Assembly (NCBI GenBank): GCA_012295275.1
Contig: CM022665.1
Span: 12,214,001-12,278,000 of the forward strand
Source of the DNA: Chrysomallon squamiferum
Taxonomy: Eukaryota; Animalia; Mollusca
Direction: 5' to 3'
Length of the DNA stretch: 64,000 bases
Every line of letters begins with the position of its first letter. Position 1 is the stretch's first letter. Below, one piece after another: positions 25,466-38,166 of the stretch. The position numbers and the translations under genes were made by a program. The notes under the pieces are model-generated. The model searched no databases. It saw only the letters and a list, made by a program, of their open reading frames with translations, and was not told the origin of the DNA.

Positions 25466-26976
25466 TTTTATTTAAGGATCAATTTGTTCATTGAAGGTTG
25501 CATGGAATTCCATTTCCTCAGTCATAATTTTTACAATTTTTAAACATTTAAAAAACCAAACTATTATTATTGTTATTGCTTTGGATTAATATTTGTTGGT
25601 GCATAAAAAAACATTATCCATAAAGTATACAACTTTCATGTAGCTTTTTTGTTTTCTTTTTTTTTTTAATTTTCAGAAATTGTTCATTTTAACCAAAATG
25701 TCCAAAAAAAGAAAGAAAAGAAGTCTGTAATGTTTTTACATTTCTTCTTATTATTATTGTTTGTGATTAAAATACATTCCATGATTTAAAAAAAATTGGT
25801 TCAAACTTTTTTACACATATTTACAAAATAAGTAGTTTTTCTTCAGTGTTGAAATACGCACATGTATATATAATGTCAATCTTTCATTTTAGTTTATTGT
25901 TGAGGAAAACATGGCTTTATGAAAGATTTTATATATAAATGAATATTTGAAATAAGCTAATTTTCTGTGAAAATTGCTTATTTGTCAGATTCAACTTTAC
26001 TTTTTTAAGTGTATTTGAATGCAAGTATATGTTGGCTTTTAATATTATTTTTAAATATCTCTCCATGAAGTATGTGTTTATGTTGCTGATAGTGTTCTGA
26101 AAAATGTTGCTGTTAATGTAAATGTTCTTGATTGAAAAGTTTTAATGTGTTCTTGTACAAGTGTATTAATGGATATACATAAGTAGATAGTGTAAGTTGG
26201 CAGTACAATTTCTATTTTTTATCTTTTTAGATTTTATTATTATTATTATTATTTTTATTTTTTACTATAATTTTTTATTTATTTACCTATTTTTATTTTT
26301 ATTATTTCAATTATTTATACTTCTATGTTAAAAATATATATATATTTTTTATTTACAGTTTCTTTTAGTTTGTAAATAAATAAAGTAATTGAATAAAAAA
26401 TAAAATGAAATGAAATGAAATAAAAGAAGAAAACAATTACAACAAAATCTAATTATTTCGTCCTATAATGCGTACAGCTTGAATCTTCCATCACTCTCTC
26501 CGTCCATTTGTAATTTTTATTTGACAGGCTGCATAAGAATGTCTGCCTGTGTAGAACATGTATTAATAATAATGTCTAGCCTGTCTTCAATTACACTGAC
26601 AGATTGTGCTGTATGTGTCATCATGGGTTAATTAAATCTTATTTAATTGTAATTGTGCAATGACATACAGAACATCATTGTTGCCCAGGGATAGGCATGA
26701 AGCTGTAGTTTGATCTGATATTTCACAAAGATGGAGAAGATATATCATTATAATAATTTTAAACAAGATAATATAAAACATCAGTTGGGTTAAAAATGGG
26801 AGTAGGTCTAGACAGGTCCACTTTTCTGGATCCTTGTATATAAATTTGTTTACCAATGGATTTGGCAGCTACATTCATTTGGAACATGGTTAATAAATAA
26901 ATAAATAATGTTGAAGAGACTAAAATTGTGAGGACTTTTAAGATTTTTCTGTGTCTCTTTTAGCTTCATAATATTA

Positions 26977-27020
<44 letters not shown>

Positions 27021-28639
27021 TATTATTATTTCCTTTGAGGAATTTGCTCATTTGTTGTCTGTATATTACTGTACTTGAAGCTTTTTGTTATCATAAATTC
27101 ATCTGTGATACATACTGAGAGTATGTGACATCAAACTAATAAAATTTTAATATACTCTTTAAATAGTTTTGTTGTTTAATTATTATTATTATTACCATTA
27201 TTTGTTTGTTTTTTTAATTATATAGGTCGATATCTGGAATCTCGAAAAATGTTATTTAAAGAATAAATGTTTATTTCAGCACATTTTGTTGTAAGTATTT
27301 TTTTTTAAATGACAACAGATTATATATATATATATATATAGATAGATATGTGGAACTCCAGTAATTAAAGATAAAAACTCAAAAAAAAATTAATAGCAGT
27401 TTTCTGATATATAATTTACTTGAGATTAGAATGGCATGAAAATATTTTTTTCGTTTAGAATAAGTGTACAAGCAGCTGTCCAAAATATTCAAAAAGAAGT
27501 CGAGTGAAACCTGTGAGTTAAATAATACTGCTAATACCAATAATAAAATATTAAGTATTATAAAATATTTCAAAACACAATACCCCAGCCTACCTGTTAA
27601 GCGTTAGAAAAAGGTTGTAAACAGTTCTGCAAAATTATCAATAATTTAAATAATTCTTAAAAAATATTAGCTTTATATTTTACAGCATAATAATAATAAT
27701 AAACAATAACAATAATGATAATAATGGTGATGGTGGTAATGACAATGATGACAACTATGATGATAATGATGATAAAAGTAGTAAAGTTTCACTTTTAAAT
27801 CCACCTGTATTAGGAAATATTGTTTTTGATTCATCGGTATAATTAGAAGAATGATGATGATGACAGCAACAACAATAATAAGGATGATTATTAAGAAATG
27901 AAAAAAGCAGAGAGTATGAAATTAAATCCACTGAAATTGTTTTTAAGATAGAAATATGTTGATGCATGAATTAGAAAGTACTTTTTTGAAATGATAACTT
28001 CAAGCAGTCAAAAAATAATAAAACGAAATAAATGAAATAGCATTCATTTTTTTTTTTTTTTTTTTTAGGAATGCAAATTCGAATCCCTGCAGCACACTGA
28101 TCGTATAAAAGATTTCTGTTAAAGATCGATAATTTGGAGTTAAATGCAGAACGCTGCTAAGTACATTTTACCATTATTTTTATCATCATCATTATCGTTA
28201 CTACTACTATTTCAATTATTAAATGCATATCTGTATATTATTTTGTGTATTTTATTACCTTATAAATAATTTTAATACCAATACCAGTAATGATTTGATG
28301 TAAATAAATTCTGTTCTGAATAATATATATAAATTAAAAAATAAAATTGCTATCTTAAATAACAATTTCCAAAACATAAAACAAAATAACAAATGGATAC
28401 GTAAATAGTATTTTTTTTAATTCTTTCGTTCGTTTCTGCTGTTATATTATAATTTATATGATTAATTAATTCATAATTTTAATTATCACTGATCTACACA
28501 TCAGATATCTTTAAATGAAACCAAAATCTCACAAGAGTACTTAATGTTAGTTTCCAAATCCAAATTCATGTCATGTGCCATATGTACTTTAGTTTGTCTT
28601 CCAGCATAATCGTATTTTGTTAAATATATTACTTTTTGC

Positions 28640-28801
28640 ATTATCGCTCTTGATTCTCTCTTGCAGCTGCAGTCTTGAAAGACGGCAAAACGCCAAGCGA
28701 TCGAAGTCAATCATGGCGCGAGATGCAGCTACAGTTCTGAAACCTTACGCAAGCAATTGGAAAGCATTTCGGTTCGTAATTACGTGAAACATTTTTGAGA
28801 A
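28640..28801 (+). promoter_or_regulatory. CpG-rich 5' leader of the Popeye gene containing a 24-codon uORF (28713-28787)
   Basis: Dense CpGs; atcATGG…TGA ends 14 nt before the main ATG. Confidence 0.55.
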
Positions 28802-28822
28802 ATGGAAAACAGAAGCGGTTTT
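28802..28822 (+). CDS. POPDC: Popeye exon 1 (MENRSGF)
   Basis: gaaATGG start, TTT|gtaagt donor, phase 0. Confidence 0.75.
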
Positions 28823-28926
28823 GTAAGTATATTTATAGATTTTAAATGTCATATGTGTAATATATCTGATTGTCAGTCAGTATGTATGAGTAGAACTATA
28901 ATTTTGTCTGTTGGTTCGCACTTGCC

Positions 28927-28959
<33 letters not shown>

Positions 28960-29388
28960 CAGTATGATCTGAATATTATTATTATTATTATTATAAAAAC
29001 AAACAGTAAAAGGTTGCGTTATTTCATACTTTGGATAAACTTAGTGTAGTTTTTAAAATTATATTATAAAGCGTAAAACATTGGGTAAAAGCTTAACGTT
29101 TACGTCAAACGAGAATATAGCGGAACTGAGCCCTTATTGTCAGTTTAGAATGAAGCAGATTGTAAAACTACAACAACAACAACAACTATTTAATATATTT
29201 ATATTTGATATATGCAATCCAAAATAAGAGTTTCTTATAAATTTTATAACTGTAAAGAAAATAAATGTATTATATAATATCACTGCCACAACAATAATAT
29301 TAATTAAAAAAAATTTAAAAAAAAAAGATTGTGTAATATATACCATAAAATTTATTAATACAACATAAAACATATTTTTGAATTTCAG

Positions 29389-29614
29389 TTGCCTCTGACA
29401 TCTAAAGAAAACACAACATTTCACTTTATTCTGGATGTTAGCTACACAAATTTGTCCAATTCTAACCAGTGGCCTCAAATAGAGATTGGCTGTGCATCTT
29501 GGGAAGCACCCAATCACATGCTCTTTCAGCTTGCTAATGCTGCTATTTGTATTGGTTTGTGTGCACCAGACTCTACCTATGGAGTAGTTTTTCTTCATAT
29601 TTTTTTCTCGTTAG
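29389..29614 (+). CDS. POPDC: Popeye exon 2 (…CASWEAPNHMLFQLAN… TM1/TM2)
   Basis: tttcag| acceptor, G|gtgagt donor, C..W...H..FQLAN motif. Confidence 0.95.
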
Positions 29615-30470
29615 GTGAGTTTATATTTGATAGAGATCTCATAAGAGATTTGAGAGAAACTCTATCTTATTCTCCACATTTAATTTAATTTTTTATTTTA
29701 TTTTATTTTATTTTATTTTATTTCATTTCATTTCATTTCATTCCATTTCATAACATTTTACATTGGTTATGTCCATTCCAGCAAATACAAAACAAACTGA
29801 TTTGTTTCTATCTTTGAATATAACCATAATAAAACAATTAATAAAATATTATATTACTTATTATCTAATACTCTGTTATTACAAAATAATGATAGATATA
29901 TCAACTATTTTGATAAACTTATAGAATATATATAATAAATATATTTTATATAACAACATGTTGTTGCTTTCTTTTAGTTCTGAAAATGAGAAATAATAAC
30001 TATTTTAAGTATATATCATACTTGTAGGAATATATATAATAGATACGTAATAGTTACTTTTTTTATTTTTATTATCAGTATCAGTCTTTGCTTATAATAA
30101 AGTATGACCATAACACAGAGAAATAAAAACTGTGGTAGACTGGGTTGCCATATCCTTCAGCCTGTTGGGGATTTTTCATATTTCTGTACATGAGATGATG
30201 TACAGAAACAAATAAAATAAACACTATGTTGAACATAAAATACGAGAATATTATATAGGTTATTTCTTTATAGTGCTATAATTACACTTACAGAAAGTCA
30301 CTAAGAAAGAGAATAATCTTTGTACTTAATCACTGAATATTTTCAGGTTTTCTGTATAGGTATATATATATATATATATTAGTTTGGTATCACTGTCTGT
30401 GATGATGTTAAACCTTAAAGTTTTAACAATTAAATGGAGAATAACATTTGTACTTCCTCACTGTTTCCAG

Positions 30471-30660
30471 GCTTTCTCTTGATGTCTGTATGGTCCTGGG
30501 TGATAGTATGTGCCCCAGACTTCTTCTCCTGGAACTTCACATTGATGGTGATCAACTTCATGCAGGTTTTCTTCCTGATGTATCGCATTCGACCACTCAA
30601 GTTCTGCGAAGAGCTGGAAGAACTTTACTGTTCAACATTCCAGCCTCTCAGAGTTCCAAG
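30471..30660 (+). CDS. POPDC: Popeye exon 3 (WSWVIVCAPDFFSWN…RPLKF…FQPLRVP)
   Basis: tttccag| acceptor, AG|gtaaat donor, CA.D...WN and RP.KF motifs. Confidence 0.96.
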
Positions 30661-31060
30661 GTAAATTCTACATCAACATTCCAGTTTCTTAGAGTTCTAA
30701 GGTAAATTCTACATCAACATTCCAGTTTCTTAGAGTTCTAAGGTAAATTCTACATCAACATTCCAGTTTCTTAGAGTTCTAAGGTAAATTCTACATCAAC
30801 ATTCCAGTTTCTTAGAGTTCCAAGGTAAATTCTACATCAACATTCCAGTTTCTTAGAGTTCTAAGGTAAATTCTACATCAACATTCCAGTTTCTTAGAGT
30901 TCTAAGGTAAATTCTACATCAACATTCCAGTTTCTTAGAGTTCCAAGGTAAATTCTACATCAACATTCCAGTTTCTTAGAGTTCTAAGGTAAATTCTACA
31001 TCAACATTCCAGTTTCTTAGAGTTCTAAGGTAAATTCTACATCAACATTCCAGTCTCTTA
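30632..31060. repeat. 41-bp tandem array (10 full copies plus a partial) containing the Popeye exon-3 end and donor
   Basis: tcaacattccagtttcttagagttctaaggtaaattctaca at 30632, 30673 … 31001, with a partial at 31042. Confidence 0.97.
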
Positions 31061-32220
31061 GTCATTTATACATGAACATTGTGATCTCTTAAAATTCCAA
31101 GGTAAATTCTACTTCAGTATTCCAGACATATTCTACATCAATAATCTTATCTTTAAGAGTTTCAAGGTAAATATTATATCAACATTCCAATCTCTTATAG
31201 TAACAAGATAAATTCTGCATCAATATTCCAAAATAGTAAAGTTCCAAGAAAAAGTCTACATCAATATTTCACTATTATAAAATTCAAAGATAAATTTTAC
31301 ATCAACTTTATTTCATTATTGTAAAGTTTAAAGATGAAATCTAATCAAGATTTCAATACTGTGATGTTTCAGTATACATTATACTTCAGTATTTCAGAAT
31401 TGTAAAGTTCCAAGGTAAATTCTACATCAACATACCAACCTCTTTCAGTTTCAACGTAAATTCTGAACCAGTCTCTCAGGGTTGTTAGAATCTTAGCTAA
31501 ACTTTATGTTCTAGTGTATTACAGTTGTTAGAATTATAGTTAAACATTATATTCCAATTTAATACAGTTCTTAGTTTCTTAGATAAACATTACATTCAAG
31601 TGTATTAGATTTTTTAGAATCTTACATTCCATTTGTTCTAGAGTTCTTAGAATTTTAGATAATCTTTACATTCTAGTGGTTTAAAGTTCTTTGAATCCTT
31701 GGTAAATGTTACATTCCAGTGTGTAAATTCTTAGAATGTTAAGCATTACATCCCAGAATGTTAAAGTTTTCATATCCTTAACCTCTTTAAGATTTTAGAT
31801 AACATAACAGTTCACCCTCTTGAACATCCCAGATACAACTTGATATCCAGTTTCTTGAGTTCATACCAAACAAAAATTAATTAAGGATAGCAAAGTTTAC
31901 CTGGAATCTTTAAGTCCTTAATGTTCTCAGCAAATATTATTGTCCATTTTGTTCTTTTTATTTCTAATATAAGCTTTACATTCAAAAGTACTAGACTTTC
32001 CTGACAAACTTCAATGGCCAGCATCTCAGAGTTTATTCTTCATAGAAATTAAGACTGGTCAAAACAGCTTATCTGAACGTCTAAATTACATTTAGCATCT
32101 TTTTGAAGTTCACAGGTGAACTTTATTGAGTTTCCAAATAAACTTTACATTTTAACCTCTTTTAAGTTCCAAAGTCATATTTACCTATCAGTCTTAAGAA
32201 GTTTCTAGGTCAATATTTTG
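31061..32220. repeat. Progressively degenerate continuation of the 41-bp array
   Basis: Residual ttccaaggtaaattctacatcaac and acattcca…ttcttaga motifs. Confidence 0.7.
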
Positions 32221-32391
32221 CTCAACTTGGTACGGCTCTGGTGTAACTTTTACATTTATTAACATTAAAACCCATGTAAATTTGCAGAAGCTGTTTTTAT
32301 ATTGCATGTGTGTTTGGGTGTGCACCATAGATATCTGAAGTTGTTTCTCTATTCACTTTAAGTTTATATATTTTTTCCGTTTAATTTCCAG

Positions 32392-32514
32392 ATCCTATTT
32401 CAAGAAGCTTGTGTGTCCAACATTTTGCTTCATGATGACTCTGAACAAAAGCGAGGCCTACTGCACTCAGAGTATTACTAAAACTGACAAACTTGGATTC
32501 CTGTTGTCTGGAAC
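32392..32514 (+). CDS. POPDC: Popeye exon 4 (SYFKKLV…KTDKLGFLLSG)
   Basis: tttccag| acceptor, AC|gtaagt donor. Confidence 0.94.
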
Positions 32515-33392
32515 GTAAGTGAAAACAACAATTATCTTTTTGTCTTCTGTTAATTATAATTTCACAGCAAAAATTAAGATATTTATCAGTTCAGATTATG
32601 TTGTTGTTAAAGAAAAATTATTTTACCAAATCAGTAATGTTTTTAACTGATTTTATAAAATTAATGATGTTAGAATGTTTTTTTTAAATTAAATTAATGT
32701 TAGAATATAATTCGTAAAATTAATGTTGTTGATAAACATTTTGTTAAGAAATTTTGACAGTTGTAAATGCTTTTTAAATAACTAGTGATGCTAGAAAATA
32801 CTTTTATAAAATGAATGATAATGGTAAACATTTAAAAAAAAAAAATTTAATTATGCAATAAATAACTTTATAAAATTAATTATGTTGGTAAAATAAATTT
32901 TAAAATGAATAATGATGATAAATAATTATTAAAAATTATTAATTTTGTAAATATATTTATAAATTAAAGATGGTAGTAAACATTCCTGTAATATATAATA
33001 TTATATTCTAAACAAACTCAATTACTATATTGAGAGTTAATCAAAAATTATATGTAAGATAGTCAGGTGTTATAAAAGGTAATTATCAAAACCACAAATT
33101 TTCTAGAATATAATTGATTTATTATGCTGTATTTAAATCCTACAGAACAAAATTAAACTGAATTTATTTGGACAGAATAATAGATTACAATTAAAGCAGT
33201 TTATCATTAAGACGCAGATTACAGGAGAACAAAATTAATTTTAAATTAATTCTTAAATAAAACTATATTTATCTAAACATTCTAGATTAGTTGAACTTAG
33301 TCAAATTAATTTTACTTGAATCCTAGAATACATCTGAATTAACTCAGTTTTATCAAGATCCCTGAATATATCAAAATGCATTTTGCTTGCAG

Positions 33393-33498
33393 CATGAATG
33401 TGTACAGTAACAGAAATTTCTTACATTCCATCAAAGCAAACCAGTTCATTGACTCACCTGAGTTTCAGTCTAGTGTCACTGGAGATGAAAAGTACCAG
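33393..33498 (+). CDS. POPDC: Popeye exon 5 (MNVYSNRNFLHSIKANQFIDSPEFQSSVTGDEKYQ)
   Basis: ttgcag| acceptor, CAG|gtatgt donor, DSPE motif. Confidence 0.96.
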
Positions 33499-36400
33499 GT
33501 ATGTTCCTTACTGTCATCATAATGTTTTAATAAAGTGTACCTTTAATAGCACCCAAAATTATCCTACTTAATATTTATACTGGGTTACTGTTTTGTTTGT
33601 TAGCACCTTTATGTAATAAAAATGAATATTCTAAATATTTTCTACATCTCCAAGCAATTATTAAGTTTTGTTTTTAGAAACCAGTGTTTGCTAATAATGA
33701 AATATCTTAATAAAATGACAAGCTTGTGAAGACAGGTGGTATTTTTTTAATATTAATTTTCTCAAGGACAGGAAAGCATGTATCATGGTCTTGGAGCCCT
33801 GGTAAGGATGGGAGATACAGTATAATACTCTGTGTCAGAAGTTTTCAAATTTTGTTCTAACTATACCCACCATGGAGAAAATACTTTGTTGACTCATACC
33901 CTTTTAATATCATAGCAGAGCAGCTTTAGTAAGATCAGTTAATATGTGAACAAAATGTGCACGTACTAATTAGATAAAATATAATGCAAAATTATAAGAT
34001 TTGAAAAATGAAAAAAACAAAAAAACAAATATGGATTGCTACTGTTTTTGAGGGTCAAGCAATGATAATTATCATTCTTTATTTGCCACTCTGTACAAAT
34101 ATTGCTTTTACTTTCTGCATCAGCCATTACTGAATCTTGCTAACATTTTCTCTGTGACTACCCTAGGGATATGCATACTGCATTTTGATGTTATCAGAAC
34201 CCAATGTTTTCTATGGGATAACCCCTCTGGGTCATTTAGACCTTTTCACAGTATCAAAATTTTTATTGTGAATGGGAGATATTATTCAGGTATCTGATCA
34301 TATCAGACATTTGAGTATTAATTTTGAAATTTAAAATAAATTGTTATGATTGTATTAAAAAGTGTTTTTTGTTTGATTATGCATATCTCTTATTCTGTTT
34401 TTCAATACTGCTGTTTAGTAGTTATCCTTTACTGATGTTAAAATTATTACTGGTTTTTTATTTTTATTTTTTTATTGGTTCCAGAAAATTTATAAAACAA
34501 TGATTTAAATACATATAAAATAGATTTAGGTTCTTTAAACCAACTCAGAACACTTTTAGTTTAATAATATGTTTGGGTCAAACATAAATTTTGCTGCTTA
34601 CATGTTTTCCAATTTTATTAAGTGATTTTATTAAGTTCACCAAGGTTGGGGTTAATTAAACAACATAAAATTTATTTACTTTCTCTTTCTGTTTCTTTTT
34701 ATTTATTTATTTATTTATTGACACAGGCAAGCTTATAGCATGCAATTGCATATAAAATGAGGTAGTAAATAATTTATTCCTAGTGTTCCTTCATAATTGT
34801 GTGCCTTAACCTTTACTATACACTTCTGTAAGTCTAAATTACTCAGAAAATGGTACCAACTCAACAAAATGTGAACGACTTATAGGGTATGATTTTGTTT
34901 TGTTTTTGTTTTGTTTTTTATTTGAAAACAAATCTAGCCATACACATTTAGCTTGTTACAGTCAGAAAATAGCACCTGTGGCAACCACTGGAATTGCACC
35001 CCTGTCCAAACATCTGACACCCTTCTTTCAGATAACTTTACCATCAAATAAGCTCGGAAATACCAGTCTAGTTTCACACAAAATGCGCAGTGGTGCCGAG
35101 GGCATGTACCATACTTGCCATACTTTAGTTATGCCACTGGTTACAATAATGTTTGTAAAAATAGTGCTGGTATCTTCCAATCTACAAATCATTCTTTGCT
35201 ACATTGATTTTATTATTTCTTTATGAATTTATGTCACAGTAAAAGATGATCTTTACGGCATCACATTTTATAATGTTGGCCTCAAGCTAACATTTTATGT
35301 CACTCTGACATAAGCTGAATTAATATAAAACTCTTATCTCAGATTTTTTTTTTTTTTTTTTGTCTCTGTTCTAAATGTTGGAGCAGGTTTTATAGATTAA
35401 TGACAAAAGTGCTGGTCAGAGCATTATGTGTTTTAGAATCAGTGCACAGTGTGCCCATTCCATGCTGTTTCCTCTTTCACCTGTTACACTAAACAGGATG
35501 ATCAACAAAATAAGTTTGTACTTTCTAATATGCAAGGTGCATGTGTGTGTGTGTGTGCCTGTGTAAATACATACATACATACATTAAAAAAAGAAGATCC
35601 CATACTTATAATATCATTGTAAATAAATAAATAAGTAAGTAAATAAATAAATATATATATATATATATATAAAATAAAAACAATAACAGTCCTATCTTTG
35701 CTTCCTTAACTGTTAATATTAAGATGTTTCATTGCCACTGAACACAGTCTTTCATTCATTTAGTCATAATTAATGTTTTGGCTATACCTGAAGGGTTTTT
35801 ATTATCAAAATCTGTTGAATTTGAGATGTGAAATGAATATCTCAAAACAAAATCAGTCTTGTGTCTAAAGCTGCAGGGTTGATTTAACCAGATTGTGTGA
35901 GATCTTGTTTTTGATATATGACTGTCTTAGTGTATTAATGACTTATTTGTTTAAGACATATTGACATATGTTTTTATTTATGATTAATAGTTTCAAACAT
36001 ATGGCTTTTGCATGATGATGGTATTTGAGAAATGGAAAAATCATTTCTGTTACAATATTACCTGCTGTCAACAGAATCTAAAAATATTTTATAAAAGTAT
36101 GCTTTATAACACAGAAAGGAAATATTGTGTCCTCATTTATGGGATCGTGGTTAAAATCGGAAATGGCCCTATGAATTTAGCTTTACAAGTTCAATGGGGA
36201 TGGATCCTATAACCCATATTATTTCAAAGAAACCTTTATTTTGATGATGCAGTCATCTCCTGATATTCTGAGACTCAGCAAGTCATAAAAAATAGAGATA
36301 TACCGATTGCATGTCTGTGCTGCAAGTTTGAAATTAATTAGATAAAAGCTGGCAGATAAATGTGATTGAATTAAAGAATTTTTTTTAACAAGTTAGAGTT

Positions 36401-36960
36401 TTATTGACTGGTTAGTGTAGGTAATTAAGTTTACTGACATGCTACAGAGTGGTTTTATAAACTCTGACATTTCTCCTTTATTTTATTGCAGTTTTTTTTT
36501 TTTATATTGATTTTTTTTTTTTTTTTTTTTTTTTGTATGTTATTATTTTTATCAACATTATTTATTCATTTGTTTATTTTTGTCTTCTTTATTTTTTTTT
36601 TTTATTTGATTCCATTTTATTTCCTTATTTTTTTCTGGGTTTTTTTCCATTTTTTTTTTTTTTTTTCATTTTAATATATTTGACTAGAATTTTTTTTTAT
36701 CAAAAACATTATTTTTAATGTAAGGTATTATAATTTTAATTTTAATATTAATTTTTAATTTTAATATTAATTTTAATTTTAATTTTAATTTTAATTTTAA
36801 TTTTAATTTTATGCTATGCTACATGACACAACACAACACAACACTGCACTGCACTACATTACATTACACTACTTATATTTTCTTTATCCTTACCATACCT
36901 TACCTGACCTCACCTTGCCATATCTTTCTTTATCTATTTTTCTATTTATTTATGTTTCAG

Positions 36961-37113
36961 GTTTCTATAATTGCTGCCAGTATTTGCCGCTACATCTTCT
37001 GGCCACGTGAAAGTTTGGAGTATCTTCTTATTAAAGAACCATACTTAGCAAGTGTGATGAAGACAATGCTGGGGAGAGATATCACAAATAAACTGTATGC
37101 TCTCAATGAAAAG
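36961..37113 (+). CDS. POPDC: Popeye exon 6 (VSIIAASICRYIFWPRESL…GRDITNKLYALNEK)
   Basis: tttcag| acceptor, AAG|gtaatt donor, conserved motif. Confidence 0.96.
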
Positions 37114-37797
37114 GTAATTAGTCCTTTACAAAAACCTAAGAAAATAAGCTACAATGGTATAATGGATTGCAGCATATCCCTTCACTGATTTACTTATTGG
37201 CCTATTTCCTATTCCAGCCAGCACCTCTTGATTTGTTTATTAATAAGCTAAGTTAGAAGTAGTTACAGAAGTGGGAAAGGGCTTGATGGCTTGTAATTTC
37301 AATCCTACTTGATGCAGTTTTTGACTTATTTCTCATTCTAGCCCGTGCCCTATGACTGGCATATTAAACATGTATTCTCTTTCATGTTGTTTGGAAATTT
37401 CTCATAATGAAAAAAGGGAAAAGCAGTCTGTTTTTGACATCTAATAATTGTTAATGATAATATTGCAATGATTTCTATTCATGTATTTATTCATTCATTT
37501 GTGTTTTCATTTATTTTTGTTATTAGTTCTTGATAACCCTATTAAAGACAGTTATTCTGAGGTATTCACACTCCGGTATTCATTAATTCATTTTTGATAA
37601 CATTTCTGTTAAATGCAGGCATAGTGATGTCCTCACAAAATAATGTTAATTAACCCATTGATTCTTGATAATCTTTCTGTTAAAGGTGGTGATGCCAAAA
37701 GATTCCCTCTTTGGTGTTCCTTCATTCTGACAACCCATTCATTCCTTCATTCAATCATTCATTTTTTTACTTACTCTTGATACTCCATCTCTTAAAG

Positions 37798-37984
37798 GTA
37801 GTCACTCCGAGGGGCTCTCACTATGATATTCGTATACCCAGTGTGTCCTGCAGCATGCAAGCCAAACAGGACCTCAGAAAGGCAGTGGCTGGAGTCCCTC
37901 ACCCTGAAACAGAAAATGTTGCCTTCAGTGTTACACCCTCTAAAATGTCCAGCTCAGAGGGATCTGATTCAGAGGACTATAATG
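37798..37984 (+). CDS. POPDC: Popeye exon 7 (VVTPRGSHYDIRIPS…)
   Basis: ctcttaaag| acceptor, G|gtaagt donor, DIR.PS motif. Confidence 0.88.
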
Positions 37985-38122
37985 GTAAGTTAATTAAAAA
38001 GACTGACATACTTTGCATCTTATAAAATATTTGCTTGTAAATAAATTAAAAGTATTCAGATACATGTTTACTTTTTTAAATGTTTAATTTTGAAATATAT
38101 AACAATTTTATTCTACCAAATA

Positions 38123-38166
<44 letters not shown>

